Of a DNA stretch of 64,000 bases, positions 1-9,660 are shown piece after piece; position 1 is the stretch's first letter; each line of letters starts with the position of its first letter. The translations under genes were made by a program, and so were the position numbers. A model generated the notes under the pieces. That model was not told the DNA's origin. It worked only from the letters and a program-made list of their open reading frames with translations, and did not search any database. Origin of the DNA: Balanoglossus misakiensis (taxonomy: Eukaryota; Animalia; Hemichordata). Where the stretch lies: NCBI GenBank assembly GCA_040954595.2, contig CM082590.2, forward strand, positions 3,162,001 through 3,226,000, read 5' to 3'.

Positions 1-27
1 GTTCAATGGTACCCCTAGTTAATTGTC

Positions 28-292
28 TTGCTGCAAACTCACTGCAATGTTCAAATTTTCAAGGTGGCAATCTTGATTGCTGTGAACTCACTGCAGTATT
101 CAAATTCCTGTGAACTCACTGCAGTATTCAAAATCTTGTTGCTGGAAGTTTGCAACAAATTTGCAAGTCCCCTAATTTGCATGGTAAAATCAGGACTGTT
201 TGCCACTTTGCAGCAGCAGTTTGCAGTGAGTTCGCAGAATCCTGCTGCAGATTTGCGGGAGGAGTTTGCAGCAGGCCCTTTTTTCGTAAGGG
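28..292. mobile_element. Probable terminus of a non-autonomous DNA transposon (CACTA/EnSpm-like) with subterminal repeats
   Basis: The motif (G/A)AACTCACTGCA occurs at about 35, 84 and 112, and inverted (TGCAGTGAGTTC) at about 222-233. A 25-bp direct repeat lies at 80-104 and 108-132. The block ends in TTTTTTCGTAAGGG (reverse complement CCCTTACGAAAAAA), resembling the CCC-starting termini of animal EnSpm-type elements. The partner terminus is not in the window, and the family assignment is inference. Confidence 0.35.
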
Positions 293-614
293 ATGTCCAT
301 ATTATGGACATCACGAGGATGCGTCACGTTATCGACCAAACTTAGTGTAATAACCCCTTTATCATACATGAACAGTAGCCCATAGCCAAGTGTGACAGGG
401 CGATGCGATCAGGTGATCAACGTATAGACCGTAGTATCATTCTAAGAGGGTTGGCAGCTTTCATTATGATGGGCACATGTGATTCAGGTCCCTCCCATCT
501 ACCTTAGCTGAGCTTGGGATCGCTTCGCCAAAGTTTATATGACAAGGGTGTTAGCCCATTCCTATCACAATAGGCTAGCTATATCGTTTATATGCCTTAA
601 TGAATTAATTAATA

Positions 615-676
615 TGACTGACTGACGGACTGACTGACTGACTAACTGACTGACTCACTGAATGAATGAATGAAAG

Positions 677-706
<30 letters not shown>
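615..706. repeat. Compound tetranucleotide microsatellite (TGAC)n-(TGAA)n-(AATC)n
   Basis: Directly visible: imperfect TGAC run at 615-660, TGAA run to about 674, and AATC run at 677-706. Confidence 0.92.
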
Positions 707-707
<1 letters not shown>

Positions 708-1868
708 TACCCAGACATGGCATGGAGGGATTCACCTCCTGTTGAGATGTTCGCACCCCCTAGCAAATTGTCACAGGTGGGGTGGTCAGTGGCCCTTAAA
801 ATGATGTCACTCACATGATAGAGATATTAATTACATAACTCCTTTCCAGAGTGTGCTCTATTTATAGTCTGCACTATATACAGGTAAATGTGTAATGATA
901 TTTCAATAACTTTTGGAATCACAGGTCAGTAGAAAGGTTGATTGAACAAAAGGTTTTGAAATTCGTTCACCTTGTATTGGAACAGCTCTTACAGACATCA
1001 CAACATCATTCAACGCTAAATCTTCGTAACTTTTACATACTGTTAATATAAATATAATTATTTTTCTTTAAATTCATCCAAATATTACAATGTTTCTAGC
1101 AATTTCATAGCTGTATTATAGTTATTAAGATAATACTGTGTGTATGATATATACTTTGTGGATAGGATACAGATCTTTGCTTATTACCAAGAATATAACA
1201 CCATGTGTTTGGATTTTAAATGCAGTTCGGAGCTGACTGTGTTGCATTTTGACTGCAAAATTAAAATATTTAGTTACATTTCCTTGCATTTAGTGTTGAA
1301 AATGTCACTTTCAGCTTTAAAATGAGCACTGATATCTATGGAACTAGAAGAATTGTGCTTTCTATTCTACAACATACAACATTTACATTTAATCAAACAA
1401 CAGGATGATATTTGACAGTCAATCAATAAATATAACATACGTGTGAGTTGCATGTACAAAACTAGACACATGTATGTATGTGATATTTAAAGGGACATTA
1501 ACTGTTACACATGCTCTACACAGAACTCCACTTGTCAGCATAACCTGTATGTGTGTAACGGCTATTGAAATGAATTCTAGTCCAGACTTGAATTCAAATT
1601 CACAATAACAATACTGAACAGACACACCTATATTTCATCATGATTCAGGGATCTGAAGAAGACACTGCAGTAAATACTTAAAACAAAAATACTGAAGACA
1701 AAGTGAAAAGTTACAGCTAATGAAGCTTTAACTATGTTCAGAAACAAGTAGAACAGGCAATCAAAACACATTATAAACATTGAGAAAAACACCCAAAGTT
1801 ACATGTACTACCGGTATCTATGAGGGCCCGTTCTGGTCAAAATTGTAGTTTATTAATAAAACATGTTA

Positions 1869-2189
1869 GAATTAATTTTACCAGTATATAGAATTATTTT
1901 TTATGTGCTTTAATTATTTTTTTGTAGTCATGCAGAATTAATTTTATGTGTTCTAAATAATTATTTTAGCTTATCTTTGTTAGAAATAATTCTGCCAACA
2001 TCTCGAATTATTTTTATGTGTAGACTCGAATTAATTTCACGTGTTGTGTCGAATTAATTTCACGTTGTCAAATAATATTGCCCTTACAATCCTTTGCGCG
2101 TAAATCAAGATGGCGGCGGCTGAGCATGTCTTTCTCGCCGCATAAAGTTAAAAAAGGGGCCGTTGTACAAGTTGTGAAACGTTTTGGGG
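1869..2189 (+). repeat. Left arm (copy A) of a long inverted repeat, made of degenerate ~23-bp GAATTAATTT subrepeats plus a GC-richer inner block
   Basis: 1923-2189 is the reverse complement of 3102-3418 with scattered mismatches (for example TGTAGTCATGCAGAATTAATTTTATGTGTTCTAAAT versus ATTTAGAACACATAAAATTAATTCTGCATGACTACA). Confidence 0.88.
2106..2117 (+). promoter_or_regulatory. YY1-type motif CAAGATGGCGGC inside the repeat arm (mirror copy at 3175-3186 on the minus strand)
   Basis: Exact match to the YY1/Pho consensus. This is a motif match only, with no evidence of function. Confidence 0.35.
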
Positions 2190-2722
2190 CGATTTGCTGT
2201 CCAATATAAATGCAGTGTGCTCGAAAACGGTGATCGGTCCACGAGTTTTGGTCTACAGACAGAATTTTCTAGTCAAACCACTCAAAACCACTACCAGTTG
2301 GTGTAATCGCCAGCCTTGCTATGGTATAGCCCAGCTCTGCGTACAGTGTTCTTGGCGTGGAGGCCGTGTCATGGCGGGAACACACAGACCTGTACACAGA
2401 GCTAGCTGTTGCCCCGCGTTGCCAATTCGCCTTGATTGAATAAATTTTGACATCTGAACATACAAAAATTGTGTTAATTTGTTATTTTCAGAACTAAGAA
2501 ATAGCTGTAGGGCCCAGATCCCAGGAAACGGCGAATAAAATATTCCTTACAATTTCCTTGTAAACTCAAGTTTTGTTTAAATAAATTTAAATTAAAAAGA
2601 CAAAGTCTCTCTCTACATAACCATATTTAATGATAGCTTGCATTCTAGATTTACAACTGATAAGATAGGGTGTGGGGCATAGATAGTAAAGGGGCAGACC
2701 CCGAAGTCTCCACCTCCTCTGT

Positions 2723-2890
2723 AGGCTGCATTCACAAACACCATTGGAGGGTGGGGGGGGGGGGGGTGGGCGAGAGAATTAAAAAATTTTACCGCTAATT
2801 TTCACATGCCCCCCCCTCCCCCCGACACAACCCGAAATATTTACAAATCCCCCTTCCGAACTGCCAAAATTTTAAACACCCTCCCCCATT
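2723..2890. mobile_element. Possible MITE-like fragment with a G-tract followed by C-tracts
   Basis: TAGGCTGCATTCACAAAC is followed by a long G run (about 2748-2771) and several C runs (2809-2887) alternating with AAATTTT motifs. No complete terminal inverted repeat (TIR) or target-site duplication (TSD) pair was seen. Confidence 0.25.
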
Positions 2891-2935
2891 TTCTTTCACA
2901 GAGCAAAACACATCACCTATCTATCTTGTAAAAGA

Positions 2936-3093
2936 TGATATTAATTCGACACTACACCTGTAATTAATTCAAGTCTACACGTAAAAAGAATTCGATATGT
3001 TGGCAAAATTATTTCTAACAAAGATAAGCTAAAATAATTATTTAGAACACATAAAATTAATTCTGCATGACTACAAAAAATAATTAAAAACAT
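2936..3093 (-). repeat. Partial copy B of the inverted-repeat arm
   Basis: 2936-3075 is a near-identical direct repeat of 3279-3418 (offset 343) and the reverse complement of about 1905-2060. Confidence 0.85.
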
Positions 3094-3101
3094 TGAATTC
3101 C

Positions 3102-3418
3102 CCCCAAAACGTCTCACAACTTGTACAACGGCCCCTTTTTCGAACTTTATGCGGCGAGAAAGACATGCTCAGCCGCCGCCATCTTGATTTAAGCGCAAAG
3201 GATTGTGGGGGCAATATTAATTTGACACAATGTAAAATTAATTCGACACAACACGTGAAATTAATTCGACAAAACACGTGATATTAATTCGACACTACAC
3301 CTGAAATTAATTCGAGTCTACACGTAAAAATAATTCGAGATGTTGGCAAAATTATTTCCAACAAAGATAAGCTAAAATAATTATTTAGAACACATAAAAT
3401 TAATTCTGCATGACTACA
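3102..3418 (-). repeat. Right arm (copy C) of the long inverted repeat, with a 23-bp tandem subrepeat
   Basis: Reverse complement of 1923-2189. Subrepeat starts at 3255, 3278, 3301 and 3324 give a 23-bp period (GTGAAATTAATTCGACANNACAC). It has two more units than copy A. Confidence 0.88.
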
Positions 3419-4695
3419 TGTCGGTCTCTGGCCCATGGACTATAACCAAACAATGATAGTCCCAAATAAAGCCAAGCCATCAACTCCAATTTTGGTTTAT
3501 TGGTGATGTTTTCTGCGATCATGCTGGATGCAATGCGGATATAATAAAACTACTCTGTGAAAAATATGTTTGTTTACAAATTTGTTCACCTTTGTGGGTA
3601 TATTGAACAGAAAGGGTTACTCCCCTTAACCTCTCAACAAACAAACAATCTTGACAATATTTGTAAACATACATATTTTTGTCACACATTTTTATATTAA
3701 ACAAACACACACACACACTGCAAAGCAGGAGGAAGAGCTCCCTGTGGTCTTCCCACAAACGTTGGAATCACACTGCAGTGGTCGCCTGATTCAACCAGTA
3801 AAGGTCACATGAGGTCATCAATTGTTGTCGGTTTTCTGGTTGAATATTCTCTGAAAGCACGCCTTAACATTGATATTTTGCAATTGGTGTCAATAGTCAT
3901 GAACTTTAAATAATGGAGCATCACTCGGCCCCAGTTACTAAGTTGTGATAGGGCGAAATCAACAGCGGAAACTGATTGTCGATCGTCCATGTCTCAAGCT
4001 TACCTTGTTTACGGACTGAATCAGGGGACTACAGTAACGTTATCGCGATGAATGTGATTCTACCCACACATTAAGTCGTGAAAACTATCAGTGATATCTT
4101 AAAACACACTAAATACTGTAATGTTTCAATACTCACTCCGCCAAATCTGTATATAGGAATAATGATGGTGGACAGTGTGGGGGGCCTGAACCCATGACTT
4201 GCAGAAAACAGCTGGTACTTGCTCGCTCCTTGGCTTTGCATGTTTTCCGCTATTCTTTCAGAGAAATATGACACCGTCCTGGATGTGTAACAAACACTGG
4301 CCAACTAACGTCCATAGAAACGGCGACATTGGAGTTGACGACAGAAAAAACTGGCAGATTCTCTAGCCTGCGTGTCACACATGTGTTTACAACGGAGACA
4401 CTGAACTGGTCAAAGGAAACGGGTCGAAGGTCAGCAACAGCGCCCTCTTGGGGTATATTCTGCGGAACTTTTGAAAGTTCCCGATCTCGTATCCTAAGGA
4501 CGCCAGCAGAATTTCCTGCGGCATTTTAATTCTCATTCAAATATGAAAGAAACAAAACTAACCCGGTGTGAATTAGTTGGTTTAAAGGGGAGTTGGGGCA
4601 GGGTCTTCTTTCGGTAGTTTTGACCCCCAATAAGGCCTATTTACGGAGAGGATCTCTTATTCTTCAAATTTATTAATGGAAGTCGCGTATATGGG

Positions 4696-4945
4696 TAAGG
4701 GACCATTTAGTTTTTACGGCCGGGTGGGGCGGCAAAATCCAGGGGGGGGGGGGGTCACTTAAATTTTGAAGTCCGAAAGTGGGGGTAATCTTTTTTTTAA
4801 AAACGTTTAGGGGGTCACATACTTTTGCCGCAAAACTTTTGCTTTGAGTCCACAAAATTGCAGTTTCGCGCCCTTAATTTTACAAGATTTTCTAATATGG
4901 GAGGGGGACACCCCATCCCACACCCACCCCTCCATTCTTCGCTAC
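4696..4945. mobile_element. Possible degraded non-autonomous DNA-transposon fragment(s) next to the satellite
   Basis: TAA-GGGACCATTT start, a poly-G tract, GGGGGTCAC repeated at about 4750 and 4810, and a GGGGGACACCCC motif at about 4903. No partner TIR was identified. Confidence 0.25.
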
Positions 4946-5749
4946 ATTTCATTTATTGTCTGGTTTGTCTAGTGTACAAGGGCAGACTACTTGCCACACC
5001 ACCACACCGATGCTTACTTTGAGTGGAGTGGCAAAAGTAAAATGCGCAGAACACATAGATAGGCCTATGCGCATAAGAACGTTTTCCACTAGACTCTGTG
5101 GATCGACGGATAGTTCCAAAATGCCCATGGTTGCTTCCAAACAGCCTCGTTTATTTACCGAATTCTGTTGTGAGGCACATAACACATAGATAGGCCTATG
5201 TGCATAAGAAAGTTTTCCACTAGACTCTGTAGATCGAGAGATAGTTCTAAAATATCCATGGTTGCCTCAAAACACAGCCTCGTTTGTTTACAAAAATCTG
5301 TTGTGATGCGCAGAACACATAGATAGGCCTATGCGCATAAGAACGTTTTCCACTAGACCTTTTAGATCGACGGATAGTTCTAAAATTTCCATGGTTGTTT
5401 CCAAACAGCCTCGTTTATTTACCGATTTCTGTTGTGAGGCGCTGAACACATAGATAGGCCTATGCGCATAAGAAAGTTTTCCACTAGACTGTGTAGATCG
5501 AGAGATAGTTCAAAAATTTCCGTGGTTGCTTCCAAACAGCCTCGTTTGTTTACAAAATTATTTTGTGATGCGCAGAACACATAGATAGGCCTATGCGCAA
5601 AAGAACGTTTTCCACTAGACTCTGTAGATCGATGGATAGTTCTAAAATTTACATGGGTGCTTCTAAACAGCCTCGTTTATTTACCGATTTCTGTTGTGAG
5701 GCGCTGAACACATGATAGGCCTATACGCATAAGAAAGTTTTCCACTATA

Positions 5750-8700
5750 CTCTGTAGATCGACGGATAGTTGTAAAATTTCAATGGTTGCTTCCAAACAG
5801 CCTCGTTTATTTACCGAATTCTGTTGTGATGCGCAGAACACATGATAGGACTATGCGCATAAGAAATTTTTCCACTAGACTCTGTAGATCGACGGGTAGT
5901 TCTAAAATTTCCATAGTTGCTTCCAAACAGCCTCGTTTATTTACCGAATTCTGTTGTTAGGCGCAGAACACGTGATAGGCCTATGCGCATAAGAAAGTTT
6001 TCCACTAGACTCTGTAGATCGACGGATAGTTCGAAAATTGCCATGGTTGCTTCCAAACAGCCTCGTTAATTTACCGATTTCTGTTGTGAGGCGCAGAACA
6101 CATGATAGGCCTATGCGCATAAGAAATTTTTCCACTAGACTCTGTAGATCGACGGATAGTTCTAAAATGTCCATGGTTGCTTCCAAACAGCCTCGTTTAT
6201 TTAATGAATTCTGTTGTGATGCGCAGAACACATGATAGGCCTATGCGCATAAGAATTTTTCCACTAGACTCTGTAGATCGACGGATAGTTCTAAAATATC
6301 CATACTTGCTGCCAAACAGCCTCGTTTATTTACCGAATTATGTTGTGAGGCGCAGAACACGTGATAGGCCTATGCGCATCAGAAAGTTTTCCACTAGACT
6401 CTGTAGATCGAGAGATAGTTCTAAAATTTCCAATGTTGCCTCAAAACACAGCCTCGTTTGTTTACAAAATTCTGTTGTGATGCGCAGAACACATAGATAG
6501 GCCTATGCACATAAGAACGTTTTCCACTAGACTCTGTAGATCGACGGATAGTTCTAAAATTTCCATGGTTGCTTCCAAACACAGTCTCGTTTGTTTACAA
6601 AAGTCTGCAGTGATGCGCAGAACACATGATAGGCCTATGCGCATAAGAAACTTTTTCACTGTAGATCGACGGATAGTTCTAAAATTTCCATAGACTCTGT
6701 AGATCGAGAGATAGTTCTAAAATTTCCATGGTTGCTTCCAAACACAGCCTCGTTTGTTTACAAAATTCTTTTGTGATGCGCAGAACACATAGCTAGGCCT
6801 ATGCGCATAAGAAAGTTTTCCACTAGACTCTGTAGATCGACGGATAGTTCTAAAATTTCCATGGTTGCTTCCAAACAGCCTCGTTTATTTACCGAATTCT
6901 GTTGTGAGGCGCAGAGCACGTAATAGGCCTATGCGCATACGAAAGTTTTCCACCAGACTCCGTAGATCGACGGATAGTTGTAAAATGCCATGGTTGTTTC
7001 CAAACACAGCCTCGTTTATTTACCGATTTCTGTTGTGAGGCGCTGAACACATGATAGGCCTATACGCATAAGAAAGTTTTCCACTATACTCTGTAGATCG
7101 ACGGATAGTTCTAAAATTTCCATGGTTGCTTCCAAACAGCCTCGTTTATTTACCGATTTCTGTTGTGAGGCGCAGAACACATGATAGGCCCATGCTCATT
7201 AGAAATTTTTCCACTAGACTGTGTAGATCGAGAGATAGTTCAAAAATTTCCGTGGTTGCTTCCAAACAGCCTCGTTTGTTTACAAAATTATTTTGTGATG
7301 CGCAGAACACATAGATAGGCCTATGCGCAAAAGAACGTTTTCCACTAGACTCTGTAGATCGACGGATAGTTGTAAAATTTCAATGGTTGCTTCCAAACAG
7401 CCTCGTTTATTTACCGAATTCTGTTGTGATGCGCAGAACACATGATAGGACTATGCGCATAAGAAATTTTTCCACTAGACTCTGTAGATCGACGGGTAGT
7501 TCTAAAATTTCCATAGTTGCTTCCAAACAGCCTCGTTTATTTACCGAATTCTGTTGTTAGGCGCAGAACACGTGATAGGCCTATGCGCATAAGAAAGTTT
7601 TCCACTAGACTCTGTAGATCGACGGATAGTTCTAAAATTGCCATGGTTGCTTCCAAACAGCCTCGTTAATTTACCGATTTCTGTTGTGAGGCGCAGAACA
7701 CATGATAGGCCTATGCGCATAAGAAATTTTTCCACTAGACTCTGTAGATCGACGGATAGTTCTAAAATGTCCATGGTTGCTTCCAAACAGCCTCGTTTAT
7801 TTAATGAATTCTGTTGTGATGCGCAGAACACATGATAGGCCTATGCGCATAAGAATTTTTCCACTAGACTCTGTAGATCGACGGATAGTTCTAAAATATC
7901 CATACTTGCTGCCAAACAGCCTCGTTTATTTACCGAATTATGTTGTGAGGCGCAGAACACGTGATAGGCCTATGCGCATCAGAAAGTTTTCCACTAGACT
8001 CTGTAGATCGAGAGATAGTTCTAAAATTTCCAATGTTGCCTCAAAACACAGCCTCGTTTGTTTACAAAATTCTGTTGTGATGCGCAGAACACATAGATAG
8101 GCCTATGCACATAAGAACGTTTTCCACTAGACTCTGTAGATCGACGGATAGTTCTAAAATTTCCATGGTTGCTTCCAAACACAGTCTCGTTTGTTTACAA
8201 AAGTCTGCAGTGATGCGCAGAACACATGATAGGCCTATGCGCATAAGAAACTTTTTCACTGTAGATCGACGGATAGTTCTAAAATTTCCATAGACTCTGT
8301 AGATCGAGAGATAGTTCTAAAATTTCCATGGTTGCTTCCAAACACAGCCTCGTTTGTTTACAAAATTCTTTTGTGATGCGCAGAACACATAGCTAGGCCT
8401 ATGCGCATAAGAAAGTTTTCCACTAGACTCTGTAGATCGACGGATAGTTCTAAAATTTCCATGGTTGCTTCCAAACAGCCTCGTTTATTTACCGAATTCT
8501 GTTGTGAGGCGCAGAGCACGTAATAGGCCTATGCGCATACGAAAGTTTTCCACCAGACTCCGTAGATCGACGGATAGTTGTAAAATTCCATGGTTGTTTC
8601 CAAACACAGCCTCGTTTATTTACCGATTTCTGTTGTGAGGCGCTGAACACATGATAGGCCTATACGCATAAGAAAGTTTTCCACTATACTCTGTAGATCG

Positions 8701-9660
8701 ACGGATAGTTCTAAAATTTCAATGGTTGCTTCCAAACAGCCTCGTTTATTTACCGAATTCTGTTGTGATGCGCAGAACACATGATAGGACTATGCGCATA
8801 AGAAATTTTTCCACTAGACTCTGTAGATCGACGGGTAGTTCTAAAATTTCCATAGTTGCTTCCAAACAGCCTCGTTTATTTACCGAATTCTGTTGTTAGG
8901 CGCAGAACACGTGATAGGCCTGTGCGCATAAGAAAGTTTTCCACTAGACTCTGTAGATCGACGGATAGTTCTAAAATTGCCATGGTTGCTTCCAAACAGC
9001 CTCGTTAATTTACCGATTTCTGTTGTGAGGCGCAGAACACATGATAGGCCTATGCGCATAAGAAATTTTTCCACTAGACTCTGTAGATCGACGGATAGTT
9101 TTAAAATGTCCATGGTTGCTTCCAAACAGCCTCGTTTATTTAATGAATTCTGTTGTGATGCGCAGAACACATGATAGGCCTATGCGCATAAGAATTTTAC
9201 CACTAGACTCTGTAGATCGACGGATAGTTCTAAAATATCCATACTTGCTTCCAAACAGCCTCGTTTATTTACCGAATTATGTTGTGAGGCGCAGAAGACG
9301 TGAAAGGCCTATGCGCATTAGAAAGTTTTCCACTAGACTCTGTAGATCGAGAGATAGTTCTAAAATTTCCAATGTTGCCTCAAAACACAGTCTCGTTTGT
9401 TTACAAAAGTCTGCAGTGATGCGCAGAACACATGATAGGCCTATGCGCATAAGACACTTTTTCACTGTAGATCGACGGATAGTTCTAAAATTTCCATAGA
9501 CTCTGTAGATCGAGAGATAGTTCTAAAATTTCCATGGTTGCTTCCAAACACAGCCTCGTTTGTTTACAAAATTCTTTTGTGATGCGCAGAACACATAGCT
9601 AGGCCTATGCGCATAAGAAAGTTTTCCACTAGACTCTGTAGATCGACGGATAGTTCTAAA
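5750..9660 (+). repeat. Left-edge higher-order repeat in three copies (offsets 1600 and about 1339 bp)
   Basis: Matching ORF-track translations start at 5941, 7541 and 8880. A shared rearranged monomer (CTTTTTCACTGTAG...TTTCCATAGACTC) occurs at about 6650, 8250 and 9457. Confidence 0.85.

Noticed and set aside
351-553. Imperfect inverted repeat TAACCCCTTTATCATA / TATGACAAGGGTGTTA as element ends
   Set aside because: Only 13 of 16 positions match and there is no TSD. It may be an old element but cannot be supported.
28-4855. Short ORFs in the left flank as genes
   Set aside because: They are 60-105 aa, overlap repeats or low-complexity DNA, and show no recognisable homology or coherent exon chain.
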